From positions 11,863-75,862 of the forward strand of contig CAZHNS010000002.1 in NCBI GenBank assembly GCA_964534175.1: 64,000 bases of DNA. The letters are read 5' to 3'. The notes under the pieces were generated by a model. The model worked only from the letters and a program-made list of their open reading frames with translations, was not told the origin of the DNA and made no database searches. Positions within the stretch are counted from its first letter, which is position 1. The number at the start of each line of letters is the position of its first letter. Positions 28,357-37,370 of the stretch are shown piece by piece. Source of the stretch: an uncultured bacterium. GTDB taxonomy: Bacteria; Hydrothermota; UBA3072. The translations under genes were made by a program, and so were the position numbers.

Positions 28357-29016
28357 ATGGAAATCAGATGTCCTCAATGTGACGCAGTAATAAAGACCGG
28401 GATAGAACACAAAGTCGTAAAGTGTCCCTATTGTAACACTCATTTATATTACGAAAAAAATAAAGTTCTTACAAAAGAATCTATAAAGCCTACTCTTGAG
28501 GTGAGAGTTGCTGAGGCTTTACTTTATGAACAAACAGGTAAAAAATCAAAGCTAAATTTAGAATATTTTCCTTTTTACCGAATACAAAAGGACGAGAAAA
28601 CCATCTTCTTACCCGGAAAAAAAACTGACCTAATAGGAATCAACAGCTATATCCCTCAGGGCGACAGAATAACTCTTGAAATCGAAGTCCCCCCACCTGA
28701 TATAACAATCGAGGAAGCACTCGATTCTATTGGAGAAAACGACGCTAAATCCATCGGCCTGATTTATCTTCCTTTTTTCACATACAAAGACGATGATACA
28801 GTTTACTATATTGACGGGGTAAGAGGAAACATTCTTTCGAATAAACTTGGGAGTAAAGCGCAAAGCGCAAGAAACCATCATCCTTTTGTACTACTCTCCT
28901 TTGGTATTATCACATTGGTAGCTTTATTTTTCCCCACCTTACCTTTTAAGCTGATCTCTGTAACCGCTATTACATTACTATTATGGTACTATGATAAAGG
29001 AAAACAAAATGGCTAA
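28357..29016 (+). CDS. zinc-ribbon plus C-terminal TM protein (paralogue 1 of 3)
   Basis: N-terminal CPQC...CPYC; LEYFPFYRI and IYLPFFTY motifs; C-terminal TM. Confidence 0.5.
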   Translation: MEIRCPQCDAVIKTGIEHKVVKCPYCNTHLYYEKNKVLTKESIKPTLEVRVAEALLYEQTGKKSKLNLEYFPFYRIQKDEKTIFLPGKKTDLIGINSYIPQGDRITLEIEVPPPDITIEEALDSIGENDAKSIGLIYLPFFTYKDDDTVYYIDGVRGNILSNKLGSKAQSARNHHPFVLLSFGIITLVALFFPTLPFKLISVTAITLLLWYYDKGKQNG

Positions 29017-29947
29017 AGATACTGCTGCTGTAATTGCTTTTTCCTGTCCAAATTGCGGATCAGAGATCGACGTTATTGAGGGTTACACCAATACAAAATG
29101 TAGATTCTGCGACAGTAGTCTTTTAATAACTAATAAGATTGGAGCTCCGCGGGTTTTTGCAAAACCAAAAATAAAAAAACCAAAAAACATATTAAGAGAA
29201 AGATTTGGTATGAGTGTAAACATTATCGATGTCTCTCTTATCTATGTTCCCTTTATAAAGGTCTTTTCAGAGATAATAGGCTGGCTGGGGGGGTATAAAA
29301 AGGGTATTGTCGCGCAGGAGCCCACTTATACAGATTCCGGTATAAATATAGACACAATAAGTACTCCCCGTGTCGTTGGGGAGAAAAGAGTTAAGAAGAG
29401 AATAAGACGTATTCTGGAAGTGAAATTAGATCCTTCTGAATTTTATCGTTATGGAATAAATAGAGTGAGTACAGAAGGAAAAAAATTCGAGGTCTACGAA
29501 GATGAAGTTCTTCATAGATACGGAGATGTTTTCGATTTGCCTTTACCCATAAACGAATATATGGAAAAAGCTTCCGTTATGCTTATCGACGAAACAATAC
29601 GGGATTATAGAGATTTTAATGAATTCGAATATTATCTGCGAGCGATAAAGAAAAAAGCATTTATTTATTTTAATCCCATATATTTTGCGAGAGTCAAAGT
29701 AGGCGGGGAATTTTATACATATTCTTTCGACGCCGTAGACGGTAAGGCTCTTGTAAAAGATAAAGCTAAAAAGAAAAAAGCAGCGCCTAAAAAAGTTTTT
29801 CTTGGATTGAACGCGTTATATGGTATTATAGGCTTATCCGGTATTTTATTTTCTTTTATTTCTTTTTTATTGGGTGGCGGAGCTGCTTTTGTCTTTGCTT
29901 TATTTGCCGGGTTTTTACTCTGGTGGTTACAATATGGGAATCGTTGA
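28991..29947 (+). CDS. zinc-ribbon plus C-terminal TM protein (paralogue 2 of 3)
   Basis: CPNCG...CRFC; IYVPFIKV; FAKP motif; C-terminal double TM. Confidence 0.5.
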   Translation: MIKENKMAKDTAAVIAFSCPNCGSEIDVIEGYTNTKCRFCDSSLLITNKIGAPRVFAKPKIKKPKNILRERFGMSVNIIDVSLIYVPFIKVFSEIIGWLGGYKKGIVAQEPTYTDSGINIDTISTPRVVGEKRVKKRIRRILEVKLDPSEFYRYGINRVSTEGKKFEVYEDEVLHRYGDVFDLPLPINEYMEKASVMLIDETIRDYRDFNEFEYYLRAIKKKAFIYFNPIYFARVKVGGEFYTYSFDAVDGKALVKDKAKKKKAAPKKVFLGLNALYGIIGLSGILFSFISFLLGGGAAFVFALFAGFLLWWLQYGNR

Positions 29948-30653
29948 TATCAAACTTATACCCCTGCGTTGTCCGGATTGCGGAAAGGATATCCAAAGTG
30001 GAGAAGATGACCTTGTTCATTTCTGTTCAAACTGTGGCTCCGGATATGAAGTTATTCTTGATAAACTTAAAAAAGTGAAGGTTGTTTTCGCAAAACCCCA
30101 CGAAGGGATTGAAAATAAGAAATTGTATTATCTACCGATGTGGCAGATTTTAAGTAAAATATCTATTGATAAGAAACCAAAAATAGATATAAGTCAAATT
30201 CCTCCGGAAATCATGTCCAATGATCGATTTAGCAGTTTTCTTGCAGAACTAATCAACAAAGAAAAACCTATAGATAAGATGATGTTTTTTGTTCCTGCTT
30301 TTGGTGTTACTAACAGATACCAACTAATGGATCAGCCAGGATATTTATTCACTGTAAAGATACCAAAGTTTGAAAAGGATTTTCCTAAAGATATGGTTGG
30401 CGCCGAGTATTCTTTAGAAGACGCAGTCGAACTTGCAAAAGTAATGTTTCTTTCAATTCAATATCATACAGATAAGGGACTCATGGGACTTAAAGGTGCA
30501 GATATTACATTTAACTACGAAAAGGCCAGAATTGTTGGTATCCCTTTTTACGAAGAAGAGGGTATGCTTGTGGATGGTTTACGGGGTTATAGAATCTTCA
30601 AAAACGCGTTGAAGGACTGGGAAAAAATTAAGTCAAAACTCGAAAAAAACTGA
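29934..30653 (+). CDS. zinc-ribbon protein (paralogue 3 of 3, no TM)
   Basis: CPDCG...CSNCG; VFAKPHEG; YYLPMWQI; start ATG 29934 overlaps upstream stop by 14 nt. Confidence 0.5.
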   Translation: MGIVDIKLIPLRCPDCGKDIQSGEDDLVHFCSNCGSGYEVILDKLKKVKVVFAKPHEGIENKKLYYLPMWQILSKISIDKKPKIDISQIPPEIMSNDRFSSFLAELINKEKPIDKMMFFVPAFGVTNRYQLMDQPGYLFTVKIPKFEKDFPKDMVGAEYSLEDAVELAKVMFLSIQYHTDKGLMGLKGADITFNYEKARIVGIPFYEEEGMLVDGLRGYRIFKNALKDWEKIKSKLEKN

Positions 30654-30676
30654 AAATTAAGCATAAGGAGGTTGTT

Positions 30677-32527
30677 ATGTTGCTAGGAAAAATCCAACAT
30701 TGTTGCTTGCTCTCTCTTAAGTCAAAAAAGAACATAATTAATATGCTATTAATGTTTGCGTTCGTATCTTCTCTTTTTGTCATACGAGGTTTTGCTTCAG
30801 AAAAGGATGAAGATGAGCTGGATGCGCGTTTCAGCTGGACGATTAGATGGGAAGAAGAGGTAGGCGACAGTAGAATTCAGCAGAAGGGTTCCTGCATAAT
30901 CCAAATGTCCGGAAAAATTGTAAAATACAAAGAAGACGAAGAAGAAGATGATAGTGAATTTCTGGTGTACCGTCCAAAAGGAATGAAGGCTTCTTATAAA
31001 TATAGCAACAAATGGTACAATATCGATCCGGATGATAAATGCTATGGAGTTGTCGCCGAAGAAAACGCGATGGGTTCTGTAAAGATCAAAAGTGGTGACG
31101 AGGCTACCGGACCCAGCGATGGCGTGTTCGAATTACAGGCATTGCTCGGTTTTGGAGGTCAGATGAATATGCTACAGTGGCTCGGAAGTATGTCTCCTGA
31201 CAAAATAATGGATATGGGCAATCAGCCTAACAATGACAATTACGTTTTCAAATTACTTGTCCCTTTCAAAACGAAAGTACAGAAGAAAGAAGATTGCTAC
31301 GAAATCGAATCATCGCTCCCGCGCTCATTCCTATTCCAGCTGTTAATAGCTGAATATGAAAAGAAGGGTATGTCAGGCTCCTTAACCCATCCGGCTACCG
31401 CTCATACCTTCCAGGAATTGGGTTACGGCAGTTGCGGCGGTGTTACACGCTTTACTCCGAGTGAAGGAAGTTACAATACAACGTCTCAGGTAAGCTGGGA
31501 CTTCGGTAAAGTTGCCACCTTGCAAATTTCATACTGGGACAGAGACTCAAAAGATTGGATCAAGATCGATGACGAACCGGTCGATATCACAGCCGGTGAG
31601 AAAGTCAAACTGAAGGCAAAAGTGCTGCCGGAAGACGAAGACCCAAAGAAAGGTGACTGGGTTATAGATGGTAATAACAACGAGAATTATATTAAAGAAT
31701 TCAAAGTATCTAAAGATCAAAAAAAATCAGAAGTGATTCGATTAAAAAAAGAAGATTTACAAAAATCAGAAATCGAGTTTTATTGGTTTAAGGGAGAAAA
31801 AGGCAACGTTAAATATTCGACAACAGTCGACGGCAAAGAGTATTCAAAAGAAGTCGAATTTACAATTCGAAAACCGGAATACGAGGTGAAGTACAAAAAC
31901 AGTGGAGACAACCACTTTGGTGTTACAACAGGCGGCAATCCAAGCCTGCGAGACCAGTGGCCTACCGATAATAGAGTAGATCCGCAATATAAAGGAAAAC
32001 TGGGTAAGGGAGAAGTGGTAGAAGGATTAGAATACAATGGAATTCTTTTTTATTGCGAGTCGGAATCCGATATATCGGGAGAAACTCAATGGGTACAGAT
32101 AATTGAAAACTGTCAACGTATAGAAGAGTATGATTCTGCCGGTCAAGCGAGAAAAACACCACCAATAGATGAAAATTGTGAGAAGGGTCTCGATAAGGTC
32201 TATCCCTGCGCAAAAAATAATAGTTTTTACGACGCACCGGCTATACCGACAAACACTCTTCCTGAAAACCGTACATATTTCCGTGTTAGAATGACTTTTG
32301 ATTTATACCTAATGTTTAAACCGGAAGGCGAAGGAAACGAATGGATTCCTCTTAAGAAAATCGATTGGAAGTGGGATGCAGATGTTCAAAAGACTGGAGG
32401 AGCTTGGGGGCCGGCAAACGCTCATTCTTTTGTACCCAAGGACAAAGATATCAAAATAGAGGGAGAAGACCCCACTATTACTGATGCAACAGAATACCCA
32501 ATATGGAACAAAATAGTAGGAGAATAG
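30677..32527 (+). CDS. large secreted hypothetical protein (616 aa)
   Basis: AAGGAGG RBS; signal-peptide-like hydrophobic segment; no recognised domain. Confidence 0.5.
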   Translation: MLLGKIQHCCLLSLKSKKNIINMLLMFAFVSSLFVIRGFASEKDEDELDARFSWTIRWEEEVGDSRIQQKGSCIIQMSGKIVKYKEDEEEDDSEFLVYRPKGMKASYKYSNKWYNIDPDDKCYGVVAEENAMGSVKIKSGDEATGPSDGVFELQALLGFGGQMNMLQWLGSMSPDKIMDMGNQPNNDNYVFKLLVPFKTKVQKKEDCYEIESSLPRSFLFQLLIAEYEKKGMSGSLTHPATAHTFQELGYGSCGGVTRFTPSEGSYNTTSQVSWDFGKVATLQISYWDRDSKDWIKIDDEPVDITAGEKVKLKAKVLPEDEDPKKGDWVIDGNNNENYIKEFKVSKDQKKSEVIRLKKEDLQKSEIEFYWFKGEKGNVKYSTTVDGKEYSKEVEFTIRKPEYEVKYKNSGDNHFGVTTGGNPSLRDQWPTDNRVDPQYKGKLGKGEVVEGLEYNGILFYCESESDISGETQWVQIIENCQRIEEYDSAGQARKTPPIDENCEKGLDKVYPCAKNNSFYDAPAIPTNTLPENRTYFRVRMTFDLYLMFKPEGEGNEWIPLKKIDWKWDADVQKTGGAWGPANAHSFVPKDKDIKIEGEDPTITDATEYPIWNKIVGE

Positions 32528-32643
32528 AACAGAGTACACAGAGTTTTATATTTGTTTTTTGCTAACAGCTGTGTATTAATACCATTGACAAACTTCAAAA
32601 TATGCTTATCATAAACAAAATCAAGAAAGGGGGTATTGTTAAC

Positions 32644-32853
32644 ATGAAAAGATTTATACTGATTGGTTGTTTAGTTTTACTATTAGTTTGTTTTGTCGGT
32701 TGCGGAAAAGCTCCTGAAGCAGGTGAAACTTCTGAAGAAACTACTGAAGAAATGTCGGCTGAAGAGGCTGAGGTAACAGACTCCACGGGCGAAGAAGCAG
32801 CAGAAGAAGAAGTCCCAGCAGAAGAAGCGCCAGCAGCAGAAGAAGCCGAATAG
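32644..32853 (+). CDS. small acidic lipoprotein with Glu/Ala-rich low-complexity tail
   Basis: Lipobox FVGCG; EEAAEEEVPAEEAPAAEEAE tail; promoter TTGACA-N16-TATCAT upstream. Confidence 0.5.
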   Translation: MKRFILIGCLVLLLVCFVGCGKAPEAGETSEETTEEMSAEEAEVTDSTGEEAAEEEVPAEEAPAAEEAE

Positions 32854-32881
32854 TAACTACTATCAAACAAATAACAAATAA

Positions 32882-32924
32882 AAGATGACATTACATTGGC
32901 TACAATGTGGTGTCATCTTTTAAT
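32882..32924 (+). terminator. rho-independent terminator hairpin
   Basis: agatgacattacattg-gcta-caatgtggtgtcatct followed by ttttaatt. Confidence 0.5.
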
Positions 32925-32979
32925 TAGTATGGCCCATATATGACACCTTTCTATAATAATGAAACAAATTATTTAATAC

Positions 32980-33008
32980 TTGACATTTAATACTGTCATC
33001 CATATAAT
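32980..33008 (+). promoter_or_regulatory. sigma70-type promoter TTGACA-N17-TATAAT
   Basis: TTGACA 32980-32985, TATAAT 33003-33008. Confidence 0.55.
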
Positions 33009-33038
33009 ACCTGAAACTTTGGAAAAAAAGGAGGAGTA

Positions 33039-33521
33039 ATGAAAAGAATATTTTTATTGTTAGTAGTCGTACTGGTCGCTCTACCTCTAAGCGCCAGACC
33101 AAGATTAGAGTTCTCGCCAAGAGGAACCCTTTATATAAGCAGTGTAAACTTTGGTATCGGTGGTGATATCATAGTAAACCCAATGAAAAATCTGGGGGTA
33201 AGAGTTAACCTTGCTGAAGTGGTTTTTGGAGACAATACCGCCTTTTCTCTAAACGCAGGAAATATGTTTAGTTTAAGCAATTTCGATATTCTATATTATA
33301 CTAATGTTGCGGATATTTTCTCTTACGTTGATATAGTATTCGGATTGTATTCAGTGTCTGGAGGAACCACCATTTCGGTTGGAGGAGGCGTCGGACTTGA
33401 AAAATACATGAAAAAAGGAAATTATATATTTCTCGAACCATCCTTAATCTTCACAGATGGTCCTGCTACTGACGGCGATCTTACTTTTAGAACCTCGTTT
33501 GGCTTAAAATTAGGAATCTAA
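33039..33521 (+). CDS. secreted beta-rich hypothetical protein (possible small OM beta-barrel)
   Basis: Cleavable signal peptide, Gly-rich alternating pattern. Confidence 0.45.
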   Translation: MKRIFLLLVVVLVALPLSARPRLEFSPRGTLYISSVNFGIGGDIIVNPMKNLGVRVNLAEVVFGDNTAFSLNAGNMFSLSNFDILYYTNVADIFSYVDIVFGLYSVSGGTTISVGGGVGLEKYMKKGNYIFLEPSLIFTDGPATDGDLTFRTSFGLKLGI

Positions 33522-33579
33522 TCAAGAGATAAATAAAAAACAGCTTAGAATTTTCTTTTATTCTTTTCTAATTTAAAAA

Positions 33580-33607
33580 CCGCATGAAATGTTCATGCGG
33601 TTTTTTT
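33580..33607. terminator. strong bidirectional rho-independent terminator
   Basis: aaaaa-ccgcatgaa-atgt-tcatgcgg-ttttttt. Confidence 0.8.
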
Positions 33608-33683
33608 AATTTTTAATTCAAAATTTACCCTTGATTCATACATAAAATATCCGTATAATTTTAGAACATAGGGGGGAATAACA

Positions 33684-34511
33684 ATGAAACTCTTAACTGC
33701 TAAAATAGAAAAAGATATCGATAAGAAAATTATTGAAAATATAATAAAAAGAAAGTATAATCTTGCAGTTAAAAATATATCAATGATTTTCGAAAAATTA
33801 TATAAAAAAATCCCCGACAAAAAAAGAATCTCTTACGGAAGAGTTCATATAATAAAGATACTTTCAAAGTACATCTATGAAAAACTATCCGAAAGCGGCT
33901 ATGGAAACTTCGATGTAGCCGCCGATTTATACGAGAATAGCAAAGATTTTAAAAGTAAAGGCGTCACTCTCGGAATAATTTCTTCCTACGGATTAGAGGA
34001 CCCAAAAAGGATTTTGCCTTATTTCGTTTCGGCTGCCGATTCTCCGGATTTCGACACTAGAGAGATGGCTCAAATGTTTTTCAGGAAAATCATAAAAAAA
34101 TACCCCCCAACGGCAAAAAAAATCTTACTTAACCTCGTAAATTCAAGCTATTCCAATATACGCCGATTTGTTGCCGAAACCTTAAGACCGGTTAAAGAGA
34201 ATAAATGGTTCCATGAAAGACCTGAATACCCTTTATCGATACTCAGAAACTTATTCAAGGAAAGCTCTCCGTATCCAAGAACCGCCGTCGGCAACAATCT
34301 AAGCGATCTGGCAAAGCAAAATCCCGATTTGGTTTATAAAATCGCAGGTGAACTTGTTGACAGCGGAAATGAAAATTCATACTGGATTGCATACCGGGCT
34401 TGCCGAAATCTAGTCAAAAAAGATAAAAATAAAGTTATGAACTTATTAAAAGTCGACGAATATAAATACAAGAACAAAACCTATAAGAGAAGTGCTCGTA
34501 AAAGAAGTTAA
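33684..34511 (+). CDS. HEAT-repeat protein, possibly AlkD-like DNA alkylation repair glycosylase family
   Basis: All-helical repeat pattern, conserved Trp/Arg positions; weak assignment. Confidence 0.35.
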   Translation: MKLLTAKIEKDIDKKIIENIIKRKYNLAVKNISMIFEKLYKKIPDKKRISYGRVHIIKILSKYIYEKLSESGYGNFDVAADLYENSKDFKSKGVTLGIISSYGLEDPKRILPYFVSAADSPDFDTREMAQMFFRKIIKKYPPTAKKILLNLVNSSYSNIRRFVAETLRPVKENKWFHERPEYPLSILRNLFKESSPYPRTAVGNNLSDLAKQNPDLVYKIAGELVDSGNENSYWIAYRACRNLVKKDKNKVMNLLKVDEYKYKNKTYKRSARKRS

Positions 34512-35616
34512 AGCAAAATCGATTCTTAGAAAACCCAAAAAAGTGGATTCGTGGTTTCTGATAAATTACGGAATGAACCTTTACAGAGGATGCACTCATA
34601 ACTGCGTATACTGTGATGGAAGAAGTGAAGGTTATTATGTCGATGGGGAATTCGGTTTCGAGGTAACCGTAAAAATAAACGCAATAGAAGTTCTAAGAAG
34701 AGAATTAGACCCGAAAAGAAAAAGAATACCTTTAAAACATTATTTTGTTGGTCTGGTAGGAGGGGTTGGAGACAGTTATCAGCCTCTTGAAAAGAAATAT
34801 AAATTGACCCGTCAGGTTCTGGAATTATTTCTGATAAAAAAATTCCCGGTCCACATTCTTACGAAATCCACCCTGATAGAAAGGGATTTAGATATAATTA
34901 AAAAGATAAACGAGCAAACCAGAGCAATTGTTTCTTTCAGTTTTTCTTCCGCAAGTGATGAAATAAGTTCTATTTTTGAACCCGGGGTACCACCTCCAAC
35001 AGAGCGATTGAGAACCTTATCTAAATTCAAAAAAGAGGGGATTGCCTGCGGCATGTATTTAATGCCCGTCATTCCTTTTATAACGGATACACCGGAAGTT
35101 ATGGAAGAAACAATAGAAAAAGCAAAAGAAGCGGAGCTTGATTTCATAGTATTCGCTGGAATGACTTTAAAAGAAGGAAGACAAAAGCAATATTTTATGA
35201 AAACACTAAAAGAAAAATTCCCCGGATTTCTCCCTCACTATGAAAACATATACTTAAAGAACAAGTGGGGAGAACCGACAAAAGAATACAACCAGTCGAT
35301 AAACCAGACATTTAATTTGCTCAGCAAAAAATATAAAATTCCGCGGCGCATACCTGCTTATCTTTACAAAGATATACTGGAGGAAAATGATCTTGTAACA
35401 GTTATACTAGAACAGCTTGATTATCTGGCAAAACTCGAAGAAAAACCCTCTCCATACGGCTATGCTGCTCATTCAATATCAAAGTTAAAAGAACCATTAT
35501 CCGGAATGAAAGATAATTTGCGAAGCATAAAAGGTGTCGGAAAAGTAACTGAATCTATAATAAAAGAAATATTGAAAACAGGAAGTTCTAAATATTACGA
35601 GAAATTGTTAAAGTAA
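34492..35616 (+). CDS. radical SAM DNA repair photolyase/SplB-family protein with C-terminal HhH
   Basis: YRGCTHNCVYCDG cluster typical of SplB/COG1533; C-terminal IKGVGKVTESII helix-hairpin-helix. Confidence 0.65.
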   Translation: MLVKEVKAKSILRKPKKVDSWFLINYGMNLYRGCTHNCVYCDGRSEGYYVDGEFGFEVTVKINAIEVLRRELDPKRKRIPLKHYFVGLVGGVGDSYQPLEKKYKLTRQVLELFLIKKFPVHILTKSTLIERDLDIIKKINEQTRAIVSFSFSSASDEISSIFEPGVPPPTERLRTLSKFKKEGIACGMYLMPVIPFITDTPEVMEETIEKAKEAELDFIVFAGMTLKEGRQKQYFMKTLKEKFPGFLPHYENIYLKNKWGEPTKEYNQSINQTFNLLSKKYKIPRRIPAYLYKDILEENDLVTVILEQLDYLAKLEEKPSPYGYAAHSISKLKEPLSGMKDNLRSIKGVGKVTESIIKEILKTGSSKYYEKLLK

Positions 35617-35675
35617 ATTCTAACTGCAGAGACGCAAAGCCCTGCAAAATTTCCATAAAACTACCAGGAGGTAGA

Positions 35676-36449
35676 ATGCATAAAATTAATCACTTATTTT
35701 TTGTTCTCATTTTTCTTGGCCTTTCAAGTGGATGCAAAAAGAAAGTTGACAATCCAGACGTTTTATTTCAGATATCAACTATTAACGCACTGCTCGAAGG
35801 AGTATATGACGGGGAAACTACCTTAAAAGAGTTAAAGCGACACGGAGATTTAGGTCTCGGTACTTTTAATGCACTTGACGGTGAGATGTTGATGCTTGAC
35901 AGTAAAATATATCAGATAAAAGTGAATGGAAATGCTTACTTGGGCAGCGACTCTTTAAAAACTCCTTTTTCAGTAGTTACTTTTTTCGAGGAGGATACAT
36001 CGATAATTTTGGATTCTGCCCTTGATTATAAATCGTTAGAACAATTTCTGGATAACTTTATCCCGACAAAAAACTTGATCTACGCAATCAAAATAGAAGG
36101 TCTTTTTAAACATATCCGTACACGAAGCGTACCGGCACAGGAAAAACCGTACCCGCCCCTTACTGAAGTCGTAAAAAGCCAATCCGAATTCGAGTTTAGC
36201 AACGAAAAAGGAACAATAGTTGGTTTCAGACTTCCCGAATATACAAACGGAATAAACGTGCCGAAATATCATTTTCATTTTATCACTGCAGATAAAGAAA
36301 GAGGGGGGCATCTGCTTGAGTGCGAGACTAAAAAAATAAAAATCGGCATAGATTTCACAGATAAACTTTTAGTAATTTTACCCAAAACAAAAGAATTTTA
36401 TGATGCCGATTTGAATAAGGGGGCAAATCTGGAAAAAGTCGAAAGATAA
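35676..36449 (+). CDS. budA: alpha-acetolactate decarboxylase with lipoprotein-type signal peptide
   Basis: FQISTINALLEGVYDG...LGLGTFNALDGEMLMLD ALDC signature; N-terminal LSSGC. Confidence 0.8.
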   Translation: MHKINHLFFVLIFLGLSSGCKKKVDNPDVLFQISTINALLEGVYDGETTLKELKRHGDLGLGTFNALDGEMLMLDSKIYQIKVNGNAYLGSDSLKTPFSVVTFFEEDTSIILDSALDYKSLEQFLDNFIPTKNLIYAIKIEGLFKHIRTRSVPAQEKPYPPLTEVVKSQSEFEFSNEKGTIVGFRLPEYTNGINVPKYHFHFITADKERGGHLLECETKKIKIGIDFTDKLLVILPKTKEFYDADLNKGANLEKVER

Positions 36450-36506
36450 ACTTTTCTGAAACTACTTTAAAAATTGTTGGGTCTTATTGAAAAAAAGGGA
36501 GGCAGT

Positions 36507-37202
36507 ATGTCAGTATTTAAAAGTATTTTCATGTTTAGTTTGATGTGTTTATTTGTTATACCCATATTTGCCGAAAGGCCAACAGAAAGTTTATTACCGT
36601 CTGATCTAGAAAAATATAGAACAGGTGCTTCCATCGGAATAAACGATTTGCCCTGGGATGCCAGCGGCATTTCTTTCCGCTGGTGGAGAGAAAATGGAAG
36701 CGGAAGAGAATTAATCATAAATAGGAGCTATATAAGTTATTCCAGAAGAGAAAGTACCGAAGAAGATTCTCTGGGAATAGAAATCGAACAAACAACCAGG
36801 TCCAAAAGTATAAATATGCCAGACATCACATATATCTTCCTAAACAGAAAAGATCTCGGAACCGAAGGTATGTATTTTGTAAAAGGCATAGGCATAGGCA
36901 TAGACTTCCGTATTTCTTATGATGATTCTTATATACCTGAAAGTGATATTAGCCGAGAATACAAATATTATTTAACGGATTTAACACTTCACTTCCCTAT
37001 AGGAATAGAACATTTTTTCCTGGAAAAATATTCCAACATAAGTTATTCTTTAAGTGCTGATATTTACGGAACTCTTTCTCTTGGTTACAGAAAAGGGCGC
37101 ACAGAATACCCCGATCCTTACAGAATTAGTGCTTATAACGATTGGAATATGCAAACTTCTTTTGGGATTTCTCCTGCTTTCTATCTTAGAGCTTACTTCT
37201 AA
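36507..37202 (+). CDS. outer-membrane beta-barrel protein (C-terminal aromatic residue)
   Basis: Signal peptide, alternating hydrophobic strands, ends ...YLRAYF; RBS GGGAGG. Confidence 0.55.
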   Translation: MSVFKSIFMFSLMCLFVIPIFAERPTESLLPSDLEKYRTGASIGINDLPWDASGISFRWWRENGSGRELIINRSYISYSRRESTEEDSLGIEIEQTTRSKSINMPDITYIFLNRKDLGTEGMYFVKGIGIGIDFRISYDDSYIPESDISREYKYYLTDLTLHFPIGIEHFFLEKYSNISYSLSADIYGTLSLGYRKGRTEYPDPYRISAYNDWNMQTSFGISPAFYLRAYF

Positions 37203-37370
37203 AAACAAGAAGTTTTTTGCTAAGAAAAAAAGAGCCTAAAAATTTGGGGATAAAAAAGCTCCCACGAACTACCCTTTTCAAATAAAACAGAATCTTCAAC
37301 AAACAAATTCTGGAACTAAAATATAATTCTTGAATCAAAACAGATAAACAACCCCAAAAGGAGGGATAAG

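Noticed and set aside
32920-33120. Minus-strand 66-aa ORF
   Set aside because: Overlaps a consensus promoter, RBS and start of the 33039 gene on the opposite strand.
37195-37219. Terminator after OMP gene (acttct-aaaaaca-agaagt-tttttg)
   Set aside because: Only a 6-bp AT-rich stem. Too weak to list confidently as a feature.
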